Position numbers and translations under genes: made by a program
Origin: Calcarisporiella thermophila CBS 279.70
Taxonomy: Eukaryota > Fungi > Calcarisporiellomycota
Direction: 5' to 3'
DNA length: 64,000 bases
Assembly: GCF_041956535.1 (NCBI RefSeq)
Contig: NW_027192197.1
Coordinates: 1,157,673 to 1,221,672 of the forward strand
Shown here: positions 1 to 13,051 of the stretch, piece by piece
How the letters are laid out: every line of letters begins with the position of its first letter
Numbering within the stretch: the first letter of the stretch is position 1
The notes under the pieces: generated by a model
What the model was told of the DNA's origin: nothing
Databases searched by the model: none
The model's input: the letters and a program-made list of their open reading frames with translations, nothing else

Positions 1-111
1 TTTTCAGTATATAAAAAAGATTACGACACCTTTTTTTTTTTTTTAAAAAAACAAAGACTTCCAGCTTGTTTTATTTATGTATCATATATATATAGATTAA
101 AATATAATTTT

Positions 112-128
112 CGCTCAAGGGTGGACTC

Positions 129-168
<40 letters not shown>

Positions 169-185
169 AATTACGCCACTAGAGC
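112..185 (-). tRNA. tRNA-Asn (GTT)
   Basis: Reverse complement GCTCTAGTGGCGTAATTGGTTAGCGCGTTCGGCT-GTT-AACCGAAAGGTTGGTGGTTCGAGTCCACCCTTGAGCG folds as a cloverleaf with a GGTTCGAGTCC T-arm; 74 nt. Confidence 0.96.
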
Positions 186-288
186 TTATTATGTTGTTGT
201 GTCCCTCTACGTGTAGCAGATTTCGTGACTGTTGATTTTATTTTCTGGTAGAAAAACTTTTTTCTTTCATCAAAAAATGTGTCAAAGT

Positions 289-359
289 GCATGGTTGGTT
301 TAGTGGTATAATTGCCGCCTGCCACGCGGCAGACCCGGGTTCGATTCCCGGACCATGCA
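289..359 (+). tRNA. tRNA-Gly (GCC)
   Basis: GCATGGT...ACCATGC-A acceptor stem, anticodon arm GCCGC-CT-GCC-AC-GCGGC, GGTTCGATTCC T-arm; 71 nt. Confidence 0.96.
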
Positions 360-1238
360 AGAGATAGTTTTCTCCCAATTATCTAATTTTAAAATTAGAT
401 ACAAGCTTGCTTTAGCACCGTTTAATTTTTTTCATTATATTTGGTTGTTTTTGATGGAAGATGGTACAATTTTCTAATTAGACACTAGAGTGGCTCGATA
501 ACCAACAAAAAAGCCAACAGAAAACATCCAGTCTGACTCGTGGCTAGGCATGCTCAAAATCTTTTGATCAACCTATATTAACATTTAAGCGAATTTCATC
601 AGAGAAATTAGAAAATCGAGTAAATTACGATCATACAAAACTGATTTAGGTTCAACCCATGCCTAGCTCAAAGGCTTTGTCACTTAGGACTTGCTATCTC
701 TGCCTTGGTTCAATTTAGAATATTCCATTCTGCAAAAAAATCGTGGATAAATTCGGCTGAAAATATTCGTTTAAAGCACAATTTCCATTTTCCCAGGAGA
801 GCGAAAGTTTTCTTCTCTAGTAGGATAAATGTTCTGCGTACCCAGACAAATTAAGTGCACACACTCTAGTATATTATTGAGAAACGAATAAGGCTCAATA
901 TGGTTTGGCGGAATCGTTAGCCAAGTCTCAGCAGGCGAGATAGACATTTTTTTTATGAGTGAAATTTTCTGATCTTCGAATAGGCTCAACATGTTGACTT
1001 GCAAGTTATATCCCTCGCTCACAGGACTCATCACCAGTGTTATTTGCTCCTACAATCCTAGCCACAAATATGTAATAAAGATATCATGGCTGACCTCACG
1101 TATACTAATGATAATGTCCGAATAAATAAATACTGCCGATATGCGTCTGAAAATTATTCCTCTGCTCCCCTCTTTATATCTCTATTGACCTCACGACATC
1201 AAGTTTTCAACACATAGAAAGTACAATTTATGTCGACT

Positions 1239-1271
1239 TTTGACATATTAACATTTGACATATTAACATTT
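1239..1271. repeat. Short tandem direct repeat (TTTGACATATTAACA)x2
   Basis: Two exact adjacent 15-bp copies followed by TTT. Confidence 0.7.
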
Positions 1272-1550
1272 CCGTGGAGAGTATTCATAATTATCAAATT
1301 CTAATGAGGCGATACGGGAAACTGAACACACGCAATCGATTGCTCTGGTGCACATATCGCAGAGGAAAATAAAAAGTCAATAGTCAATAGTATGATTGAG
1401 AATATTACAAGCAAAAATATTGTCTGCGGTTTCAAAGAAATATTCGATTGCAATTAAAATAATGTCAAAAATTCTAAAAAAAAAGCAACTACGAAAGCAA
1501 ATAAAAGAAAAAAATAAAAAGGTAGGGCTAATTACAATAGGGGGACTGAA

Positions 1551-4201
1551 TCAACTCCTTGATTTCAGCATTTTTGCATACCGTAGACCGCACGCGTTAC
1601 AAAGTGTTTTTGGACCTCCAGGTCCTCGTCTCCATTCGGGCGAGTCCGTTCGATGGCATTGTGAGCACATCTTTTGAGGACAATCTGGCCGTTTTCGCTT
1701 GTGTGTTCGTGAATATTCAATTGCTCTGATTTGTTCACGCAGTCGGCGATTCAGTTGAATAAGCTGGTGGAGTTCGTATTGCCAATTCGACGCACGTGTT
1801 ACTTCAAGTTCTGCAAAAGCGTTACTATTGGGGTCGTGGGTTAATGAAGGCGGCTGTAAAGTCAAATTCGAAGCAAGTGGTGGCGATGCGGAGCTATTGT
1901 CATCATCGCTTTTTTGTGAGTCGGTATCGCTATGGGTTGGTGTCGATGTGTCTGCGGAGAATGATGCCGGCAGAGCAGCATTCTGGGCTGTGGTGGGCAT
2001 GTATGAGGGGGAATAGTAAATGGCCGATGGACGAAAAGATGCAAATCTAGCCAATATGAACGAGGTCTCTCCATTGGGTTGCCACTGACACCCCGGGAAA
2101 AAAGTGGCTTCAATGCTTAGTTGTTGACCATTTTTCTTTCGAAAAGGGAGGAACAAGGATGTCTCTTGGCCAACCGAGGCTTTCTTCAGTGCAAGTGTGA
2201 GCCTTGTCATATACTCAGGCAAGACTAACTGGTATATTGACATGGAGACAAGCTCAGCCGGCTCGAATTCCAACACACGCATGCTTTCGGGCGTGGCATG
2301 CAGCCAAAGGCCTTCGAGTGACAACTTGGACCAAAATGTCTCTTTATATACCTCTTTTCCACCACCAGCTTGCGCGAACTCACTCGTTGCCCTTGCTACA
2401 TCACTTTCATTCATGCCTCTTGGATCACCGTTGTTGTCCTCCATGTAACACCCTGTTGAATCGAAATGTCGCCATGCTAGCTCGTACACCGGACGTAGCC
2501 GCCCAACAAGCAAAAAATATTTGCGTCCCTTTGAATGCTCCATGAATATGCTGCCGTGGCAATCCATCCAAGCATACCCTGACCGTTTTCGCTTTGCCCT
2601 AAAGATACATGATATTCTTCTCTCCCCATGGCCCGACTTTTTCGCGGCTTCTCTCAATTCTCTCATCACCGGGACGAAATCATTGGGATGGCAAACGAGC
2701 GAAATACTCTGGCCGACAAGCTCCTCTGGGTGGTATTCAAGCATATCATGAGCACTTGCCGAACAGTGAACAAATATTCCCTTGAGGGAGAGTACATAGA
2801 TGAAGTCGGGTGATGCATCGAAGAGCAATTTATACCAGCTCTCTTTCGCGTCATCGAGATTTGTAGCGCGTAAATTACCAGCTAATTGCATTGCATTGCC
2901 CATGTCCGGCAATGGAGTATGTCTGGGCGGGTAGCTGGGGTTGTCGGAGAAATATCCCCCTGACATGTCCATCAGGGGTGCTAAGGGTGAATAGAAGATT
3001 AAGGGAGGGCGAAACTTACTTAGGTGTAAAAATGGTACGAACGATTTGACATTAGAGGCGTGACACTCTCCAGGCGGTAATTCATCGCGTGTGTTCCGTC
3101 TCTCATTCTTTCTCTAATCGCGCTGGGCTGTTTCGCCAAATCCTTGTGGTAGAAATTAAGAATTGGGAATTGCCCATGTTACAATAGCCAGATAATGAGA
3201 TGCTTACGATTTGAAGCCCGACAAAGTACTCTATTCCATCTACCTCCCCGCTCACTGGGATGATCGACACCAAGTTGACAAAAGGTTCACCATTTTTCCG
3301 ATAATTTATCAGTGGAGTCTGACATTCTTTTCCCTGCAACATATGGGTCTTCATGAGGTATACTGCGTCATTATTGGTGTAATGGCGTCGTGACCCAAGC
3401 GTTACCAGGCCATCTGGAGCCTGGAGGAATCGGCAATTACGACCGACTATCTCGCTATATTGGTATCCAGTCAGACGCTCGAAACACGGGCTCGCGTATA
3501 CAATGGGGTAGTCATATTTGCGCGCGTCAACGACGAGAAAAGAACAGGAGAAATCGATGGGTCCGATATTGATTTGCGGGTTTTGCCTGAGAGGGGAGAG
3601 ATAGAGGAAATGAGTTGCGGGAGGGCGTTTTAAGTGTGGCCCTATAAATCCCATTAACTCACCTATTGATTAGACGATGGAGTAGTTCAAGAACATCAAA
3701 TCCTGAGCTGCTATACATGCCGGTGTGTTGCGAGGGTGCTATAGCACCTAAATATGCCATAAGAGAGATGAGGCAACGTAGAATGTTTCTGTTTGATTGC
3801 ATCTCATTTCTCACCGGTTAATGTTTTTGCCTCCGACGGCCGCTTAATGACCGTGAATCCGTTTTCTTTTCCATCCCCAAAGGGCATGTGTCTTGCAAGC
3901 TCCTCGGAAAGTGGCACGTCCCAATCCGGGACATCGGGGGTGTAGAAAGCACTAGCATCGCCGATGGACATGGGCAATTGCAAATTGCTATTAAGTAAAA
4001 AGGGTTATGCGGGGAGCAAGGGATGCGGGTGGAGGGTATACGTTACAGAGGATCGAAGGGAGGATGATTGGGGGTGGGGGGCAGGAGAAGCCTTGCAAGG
4101 GGGGGCGTGTGATGAACTAACGCGCCGTCTGAGGATTTGTCCGTTTGCTCCAGTGATTTGGTCTTTCGATCATAATCTGGGTCTGGAATGCCGAATTCCA
4201 T
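1551..4201 (-). CDS. wc-1: White collar-1-type blue-light photoreceptor (LOV-PAS-PAS-GATA zinc finger), multi-exon
   Basis: [10 protein letters not shown]'alpha motif; LOV core [12 protein letters not shown]...GRNCRFLQ with the photoactive Cys; two PAS domains; C-terminal CSQC-x18-CNAC GATA finger. Start ATG at 4201 inferred from splice signals. Confidence 0.93.
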
Positions 4202-5606
4202 GTAAAAGGTTGGGAGGGGGCGCCAGTATCAAGGGAGGAGATTAAGGCGGCGATTGTGTGCGAAATAACTTGTAATATGTAGGAGGGGTGGAAAAATAGA
4301 AAAGGCGGTTTTCTTTAATAGGAACTTTTTTAGAAAGGCATAGAATTTTGCCTATGTCAAGGATGCGTCCCATATCAAATCGGGCCCTTTGCGCTCCGAG
4401 CATTTGCTCTCAATACCTAATCTGATAGATCTCTGTATTACCCTATAATTTCGGTAAAACTCTCTAGTGATTAATTTGGGCGAATTCTCCCACGTGCCGA
4501 AATAGGAGAATCAGAATCCGGATAAACATTCATGAGCGGGGATATGCACTCGGAGCCGATCAGTCCAAAATCACAGGAATCATTTCAAGTTTCTGCTTAC
4601 CATGCCTCCTCCCTTCGAAAGCTTCCATTCGGCATGTAGGATGCCCTCAATAGGATCCCGCCGCAAGCCGGTTTTTTCGCCTCGCCTCCTCTATGAGCCC
4701 ATGCCGAGCTATTCAACAAGGCAAAAGGCCGCCGTGTTTTTCATCTCAAGCCGCAAGGCTGGTCTTGCCGCGAGCCGCCGATGCCGCATTGGGGCAGAAG
4801 GCTGAATGCCTTTTCGGGAAATTCTTCAGAAAACACGAGTGTGGCGCTGGACCGTCTGAAATAACCCAAGCTCTGGAAGAGATCTTTACTCATGACTAAG
4901 AAGGTTTAGAAATTCCAGAGTCGGCTCGACGGTTTCACAAAGCTGCGGCTGGCCACGAACCTTCATGGCCTTGGAGGGCCTCGCAGGCGTACGGGCTCTG
5001 TTAGAAGCCTAAAATTTGCTTGCGTTAATGAACACTCACATTTAAATTAAACCATCGTAATTCCAGGTGGGATGCGTGCAATATATCCTCTTATAGTAGG
5101 TATGCCAATTGCGAACGTAATCCTAAGCTCGCACTCTATCCGAGTGTATTGACATCAGACGGATCGTGCGCAATTGGGATAGGAATCTGCCAGCTTCGAG
5201 AATATTCCCATTCAGTGGAATTTAGTTGAATCCTCTTAGCTGCTATTTGGAAAATTGAAGCCATCTTCCAATAGACTCGGAGCCGATTTCACGCGACGGC
5301 CACACTCCCAGTAGAATACGATGGACTGGGGATATAATAGTACATGATTTCGTCATGGCATCGATCTATAGATGTCCTTCGAAATCCTTCATCGACCTGC
5401 GAATGTGAAGATTCCTGTATTTGTTTGTGCAATTAGTTTCACAGAGTATGCCTACGGCCATGCAACCATGATCCCATTCCTCTCAACCTCGATCCTTATA
5501 TTGGAAACAGACAATATATATTTCAAAACTAAGGTTATAACCCAGCACAATAAGAGCATCCATAAGGTTGGAATCATTTCTATTCCAGACTCTATCATCG
5601 CTGTGG

Positions 5607-8250
5607 CTAATAGTTCTCTTTTGCCTCTTTCGGGAGAAGCTCACCCTTCTTCTTGATGACTCCCATATGCAAAATGCGATCTCCCGCCATTGCCACCGGA
5701 TTTGAGCTACGGCCAATAGCCTGGAGGGTAGATAAGCGATTAGGGACGCAATGACACTGTAATTGCCTAACTTAAGCTACTCACTACACCGGTGCACGGA
5801 GCAAAGTATTCATCGACCACATTGCCGAATATGTTCTTAATACGTGCAATTAAGTCGCCCTTGCGCACAAGGGTATTGGTATTTGGATATACTTCTAGGA
5901 CTCCTCCCGTACGAGTATATATCTAAAGAACACTCGTTAGTTTCATTGCATCCAATCCGATAAATCATACGAAAATTTCTGACCCAAAAGCCTTTTGAAC
6001 ACAGTACAGTGGTCGGAGGGAGGGGGATCGATGGATACTCCGAGAGCGGATCCATCGTAAACATTCCGAAGTGGTTGAGTATCCGCATCACACCCATATA
6101 TGACCACTGCACGTATTGGTTTTGGAAGAGCTGCGGGTTTCCAATCTCAACGGTAATGGCCTTAATGCCCCGGGCCATACATGCTGATCGCAGCGTTCCT
6201 ATGGAAAGCGTTAGAACAATCAGACAAGGATCAGCCCCTCTCTCCTCCCTCTCAAGCAGTCAAGCGGACAAATACCATCCTGTCCCGAGTTATGCAATAT
6301 GATCTGCGGCTGTTGTAAGTTTGCCATCGCTGCTGTCTCTGAATCGTTCATATCACTCCTCACATAATAGCTGTTCACTCTCCCAAAACTCGCCGTATGC
6401 AAATCAATCAGGTAATTGAACTGGCTGATGACCTTGTTCATCAGACAGTGAGCATATACTTGTGAAGCCATCCCATCTTCGCATCCCGGAAATGATCGAT
6501 TCAAGTCTTTTCCATCGGCAAACTCTCGCTGGTATTTAAGATATCCGGACGTGTTGACACAAGGAACGGCCACAACTGTGCCCTTAAGTTTGTGCACGTC
6601 AATATCCGTCACCACGCTAAAAGGGTGCTCATGGGAATCAATGGAAGTCATAAACAGCGTGATCAACTCTATATGCTTACCGATGAATACACGGAACACC
6701 GTTTAATTCGTTGCCATGAACGGCAGCCGTAATCCCAATGACCGGCCCTTCTTCCTTGCCTCGCGCAACAATGACAGGGAGACGCATCCACTCGCTCAAC
6801 CCTTGTTTCACCATCTTTATCCATGCGGTACTTATTTGCTCTTCCGGAAAATCTTCGATGACCAATCTATCTCTCACCACTGGTGGAGGCACATCGCTCT
6901 CATTTTGGAATCGCGAACTAAATTCAGGAGGCTCATAACGCACGACGGAATCCCACTGTTTATAAGGGAGTCGCCCGTCTTTTTTGATGCTTGGCTCAAC
7001 TATAGGACTAACGAGGGGGGGTGGCAGCTGGGTCTGATCAAGCACTGGCGAGGTTACATTACGCTGCATTTTATCGATCATTTCCTGGGGAAGATTCCAC
7101 AACGGCTGATCATCAAAAATTATAAGCGAGCCTTTTCGTCGAGGGGGTGGGCGCCGGATAGTTTGCACCGGGGAGGTAGAGCCATCGCTTCCTGCGGTAA
7201 GCTTGGAGTCTGTGGATACTACCTGTATGATCACCACGGTCGCATCTTTATAAATCCGCAACATACTCCCTGTTAGCAAAGAGAAACGTCTTCATAACCA
7301 CAAATATTGTGCCCAGCTTTGTACCTTTATCTTGGTATTTAACGTTTCCTTTCTCATCGGCAGGAAGAATGACCATGCTGGTTGGAGAGCTATCTTCCTC
7401 TCTTTCAATAACCATGGTTTGGCCTGGTCCCACTAAACGGATAGTCTCGTTCTCCTCGAGAGACACTCTCACCTTTCCTTCCACGGAATACACCAGCGTG
7501 AATCGTCCAAGAAGTAACTTTTTACTCCCGTTGCCATTTTCGACCGCGCTGCTCTCTCCGGCTTTCTCAACCAGGAATTTCACCTTACCCTTAGAGCGAT
7601 CCATAACGAAATTGAGTGTGTTAATGGGAGGGTTGATTACGCGACAAGTTGTAGGCCTAGTTTTTAATTTTTTTTAAAAAAAAACGTAAATTCCCACAGA
7701 ATTCACTGAACTACTCCGCTCATATCGAAAGCTTGAATAAATACCATTCACCACCATATGTGTAAGGAAACAGCGCTTTAACAATATGGTTCGACTCTTC
7801 TCCACGGTGATTGAGGGCCAGAGAAGGTTTGGTATTTGCAGGGGTATCGCCTGGAAGGGCAATAATGGTGCTATATAATAAGTAAAAGCGCGCATTGGAT
7901 TAATGGCTAACCAAATCAATGATTATAAAAGATATAAAGGAATAGGAAATTATATTGATTTTAACACCATAACCACAGGTTCTGTTTCTGCATAAAAGGA
8001 ATAAATGACGAAGCAAATCAGCATTCTCAATTTACCAGTCGTGTCTAGGGAATAGAGAAAAGCTACAATTGGCATGGATGGTGGTTGCGCTGAATCTCCA
8101 GAAGAACTCATCGTCATGAAAATTTTTTTCTGGTGGATGAATTGCAATCTCATAAGTGGTGCCAAGTCCATTTCGCCAAGCCATCTCCTTATAATCCTTT
8201 GCAGGATCGAGGAGCATAGTGCGAATAACACCCTCGTTGCTATCTTCCAT
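5607..8250 (-). CDS. HutD/Ves-like cupin fused to succinylglutamate desuccinylase/aspartoacylase (M14) deacylase, multi-exon
   Basis: N-terminal MAWRNGLGTTYEIA...FFWRFS...FSLFP and YGGEWPTTCRV..P..TLNFVMDR match the HutD pattern. C-terminal AAVHGNELNG (HxxE), DLNRSFPG, IDLHT, AITVEIG and NPVAMAGDRILHMG match M14. The HutD exons and the HutD-to-M14 junction join in frame through GT-AG introns. Confidence 0.85.
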
Positions 8251-8519
8251 TGCGTATTAAAATAATTCTTAAGAGAAAAGCCTATTACGGATCCAACTTT
8301 TGACGGTGGCGAATACCGTGTAAAATGTGGGGAGGGAAATTTCTTTCAGCTATCCCCTCAGTGGGGATAATCCTCGCATTTTGCATTTTATCAATTTAGC
8401 TCGGCTTGCAGGGCATTAAAATCTCAGCATTCTTTTTTTTTTGGTAATTCTAGCCTTATTATTTAGCCCTGTTATATATATCTCCATAATTTTGGCATAA
8501 GAGCCAAAATTGCATCGTA

Positions 8520-11500
8520 ATGGAAACGTCTATGGAAGAGACAGCTTATTCCGAAATTTCCCCTATGGGGCCAGTAAAACGCCCCTCTCAAGGTCCAAGA
8601 CGCTACACAATTGGAACCGAACCGCGCAGGTCTGAACACGATTCACGCCTTTTGCCAGGCGAATATAAAGGATCTGAGAAGTGGGGAGAGACCAATTCCG
8701 AAGAGCACCCCGAACACAGCTCGAACAGTCGATCGCCAATAAGGCCCAACCCTGATAATGCGCCGCAAAGACAAAATGACAAGGCCCCTCTCGCATTGCC
8801 TAGACATAAAGCAAAGCTGAAGGCAATAAGAGCAATATTCCGTATGAAACAGCTACCTAGAATGAGGGAAGAGCAGAAAGTAAACAAATTGCAGGCGCTT
8901 AATCTGATAACGGAAATTAGTTACGGCGTATTACCAGTGCAGCTGATGGGGATGTATTTCATGCGAGATGAGTATGGAAACAAAAGAGTGCCTGTAATGT
9001 TAAATTTACTCAAGGTGATCCCAAAAGTTTGATTCCATTCAATTAATTCAACTCTATTCTAAAAGAATATAAGCATTAGATTGAGATTACAGAATCGAGA
9101 GTTAGCAGTGGCCGCTCTCGCATTGTATTTCGTATCGAGCTGGAGTATGCTGACGGGCTACGCAAGTGGGTTATCCACCGTCAGTACAAAGATTTCCTCA
9201 AACTACACGCACATTTTCGCTTTGGAAATCCGACGCGCCCTCGCATTCCGCGCCTACCAAAGTTTCCTAAATCGACCCTTCCCTTTAGATCCCCTGGGCC
9301 AAGTTCGAAACACGGAACCCCATATCATGGATCGAGTTTTGTGGAGACTCCAGCTGATGAGAGTGCTTTTCAAGCTGGACTTTTAAACCAGATTAACGAG
9401 GGCGCTTATCAGAGTTCAAGTAATGGCAACAAAAACATCTTCCAAAAATTCTTCCCTTTCACCTCCAGGAAGCCTTCCGCCACCACCGAGTTGCAACAGA
9501 GTTCGTTCCCAGAGCTATTCTCTCGTGTGATTCCTCCGGGGGACCGTGAATATTTTGCATTTGAACAACGGGAAAAACTCGAGTCGTATCTGATCAGACT
9601 AGCAGGATGCCTTGTGGCGCGACCTGAAGCAAATAGACTGTTCAAGTTTCTCGAAATTAGTGCTCTTGGATTGAAACTTGCGGCAAGTGGCGGATATCAC
9701 GGGAAAGAGGGTTTTTTGTACTTGAGGGATGGTCAAAATATTCATAAACGCAATTTGTTCTCTTGTATGAAGCGCGAAGTTTCCAAATGGTTTATCGTCC
9801 GAGAGGGTTTTGTGGTGTGTGTTGATCAGCCTGATCAGGTAAACACGGTTTTGTGGACTCTTTTTAATGATGAGCTTCCGTTGTAAGCCTTCTTTTGAAA
9901 TTGTTTGCACTAAAATTTACTAATGTTTTTAGCTTGAAGCCTCGGGGGTTGTCCTTGTTGACCAAGAGTTCACGGTAGAGGAGACTGAAGCAACTATATC
10001 ACGCCGCTGTTTCCCAATTGGAAGTAGGACCTCAAACCTATTTCCAAACGAACTAACATTAAGTAATCGGGATATCAGCTTATCACTACAAACGCGGAAC
10101 GAATACCAGCTAAAGGATTTTATTGAAAGTATGAGTAAACTCACTAGCTTACCTTGGGCTCAACCACAGCGATTCGAGTCCTTTGCACCGGTGCGGAAAA
10201 ATGTACCTGTACGGTGGTTCGTCGATGGACGAGATTATTTCTGGGCAGTAAGCCAGGCGATTAACATGGCAAAAGAGGAGATATATATCGAAGATTGGTT
10301 CTTAAGCCCAGAAATTTACTTAAGGCGTCCCGGAAGCACTCAGCCTGACTGGAGATTAGACTTGCTTTTGAAGAAGAAGGCAGAGGAGGGGGTCAAAATT
10401 TACGTTGTATTATACAAGGAGGTATATTCCGAGTTTTCTCTACAGTCGATAACTGTATTATGGAGACTAATGGCCTTTAATCTCTATCTTTTTATTTCAC
10501 AAAGATATCTATCGCTACACCCCTATTTTCGGGATATGCAAAAGAAAGGCTACGCTCATGCCATCCTAACATCTATGTCATGCGTCATCCTCCACAAATG
10601 CCACCCCAGATACATTTTTGGGCGCATCACGAGAAGCTCCTCGTGGTTGACAACATAGTTGCCTTTGTTGGTGGTATAGATTTATGTTTTGGGCGATGGG
10701 ATACAGCATCCCATGTGTTAGTAGATGATGGGCAACCGGACCTGAACCCGACCAATGTTACTCCTCAAATTTGGCTGGGCAAGGTAAAGTACAGGGACCA
10801 CTGTTAATACATTTTATACTCTAAAGCTATTATCTCATGTTGGCAATTCTATTTAGGACTATTCGAATACCCGTATTCTCGATTTTGTGAATCTGACAAA
10901 GCCATTTGAGGATATGATTGATCGCACCAAAATCCCGCGAATGCCTTGGCACGATCTCGCTCTCCAAGTTATAGGCCAACCCGCTCGCGATATCGCAAGA
11001 CATTTCATCCAGCGATGGAATTATCTTCGACGTCAGCGTGCTATCAAACACTGGGCCCCATACTTGCTCCCGCGCTCTGATTTCTCGCCTTCTGATCTAA
11101 AACGCCTTGGTCTTGTAGGGTCGTGTGAGGTTCAAATCTTACGAAGCGTATCGCCATGGTCCATTGGTTCACTCAGCCATGTAGAACACTCAATCCAAAA
11201 TGCATATGTGGCGTGTATTGAATCGGCCGAGCGGTTCATTTATATTGAGAATCAATTTTTCATTACTTCCACCTTGGTTGGCAACACGGTAATTGAGAAC
11301 CAGATCGGAATGGCTCTGGTACGGAGGATTCGGCGTGCGCATCAAGAGCGGAAAAGGTTCCGAGTGGTGGTTGTGCTGCCTTTGATTCCTGATTTCCAAT
11401 CCGAGATTGACGCTGCTGATGCAACGGCCGTTCGGATTATCATGCATCTACAATATCTGTCTATTTGTCGCGGGGAGAACTCGATTTACAAACGTTTGCA

Positions 11501-12769
11501 AAATGACGGCATTGATCCTGACGATTACATTACCTTTTATGGCCTGCGCACCTGGGACAAGTTATCCAATGAATATGTGACGGAGCAAGTATATGTACAT
11601 AGTAAGCTTATGATCGTTGATGACCGTACCGTTATACTTGGATCAGCGAATATTAATGAACGCTCAATGAGAGGCGATCGTGACTCAGAGATCGCGGCAA
11701 TCGTGCGGGACACTGATTATCTGAATTCATGGATGGCGGGTGAGCAGTTTGCGGTAGGAAAATTCGCATATACCCTACGAAAGCGACTTATGATGGAACA
11801 TCTCGGGGTGGATGTGGATGCCCTAGAAGAAGGAGAATTAGAAAAAGTGTATCCGCCATTCCAGGCTGAGAGCAATTCGTCAGTCAGTGAGCCGTCTAAA
11901 GAGAAGGATGGAAATAGTAGAAATATGGTGGATAAAGCGATACAAGTATCGTTGATAGGACCGTTTTACGGAAAATTCAGTAAGCGATAACTTCATTAAC
12001 CAAAGCTACAAACCGAGCCCCTAATCTTTTTCTTCTTCAATTTCTAGGAAACCACACCGCTCTCAATAATCCGTGTCCCGTGTACGATTCTGCATATGCA
12101 ACTACCCCAGCTTCCGCCACAGTGGTCGGTACTTCTCAGACTCAAACTGACAAGGACGCCTCGTTCACTTATTTCCATAACCACGACGCTTCTCCAGAAC
12201 CGCTTCCGAACATTTTGCCTTCCCGATTCACCGATCCTCTTGACGATAGTTTCTTCTTGGATATATGGCAGCGAAGTGCGAATCACAACACTGATGTGTT
12301 CCGCAGAATCTTCAAGTCTGTACCGGATGATAATGTGACGAACTGGTCAGAATACCGAGCATTTCGAGATTTAGCCGAGATGGGAAATCTGTCGGTGGCC
12401 ACAAAGAATGTCACTTCTGCGGCAGCTGACCCTAGCATGCCAGTTGTAGCGAAGGATGTGGAAGGTGGAGAGCTGGAGCACAAGTCGAACGATCCAGCGA
12501 AGGAGAAGAATACGCCGGAAAATACTCCTCACCGGGTTGAGGAATCGGATGCCGATGTCGAAAGTTGGGAGGAGGAGGAGAGGAGAGCCATGCACGACGC
12601 AACCGAACATCGAAGGGCTTCTGGATCCGAGCAAGCAGATCGAGACCTTGAATCTCTACTGAGTGAAATTCGCGGACAGCTTGTGGTATGGCCGACACGA
12701 TTTTTGGGAGGAGAGCAAGAATACCATTTCTTCAAGGATCAACTTGCACCCATTGACATCTTTACTTAA
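8520..12769 (+). CDS. SPO14: Phospholipase D1 (PX-PH-HKD-HKD), multi-exon
   Basis: Two HKD motifs (HHEKLLVVD, VHSKLMIVD), PRMPWHD, IYIENQFF, GSANINERSMRGDRDSE; N-terminal PX/PH region. Confidence 0.95.
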
Positions 12770-13051
12770 TATCGAGACTGTATTTTAGACGCAATGTATT
12801 AATCCCAATCTTTCCCTTCGACTTATGACACTTCAATTTCTTTTTAATTTATGTAATTCGAAGATGCTAATTGATCTTCAAGTCTTTTGGGGGTCAAATG
12901 TATGTACATTATTCGAACCAGCTTCTTGGACCTAATGTTCTCTCCAATTAAATATATTCTCCAATACTTGACTTCTCTCTGCATCTACCAATGCATGTAA
13001 TGCTGCATGTGGTTTTAGACCATGCTGAGCAAACATTATTTTCGGATTGCT

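Noticed and set aside
771-1034. 87-aa ORF near the tRNAs
   Set aside because: No motifs or splice support; consistent with a chance ORF in AT-rich DNA.
4250-5550. GC-rich intergenic stretch as a structured ncRNA (RNase P/MRP, SRP, snRNA)
   Set aside because: No complete conserved motif set was found by eye; more likely the wc-1 promoter. An Infernal/Rfam scan would settle it.
11946-12047. PLD intron beginning GTATCGTT as a U12-type intron
   Set aside because: It mismatches the GTATCCTT consensus and lacks a TCCTTAAC branch site; it has an ordinary CTAAT branch point and pyrimidine tract.
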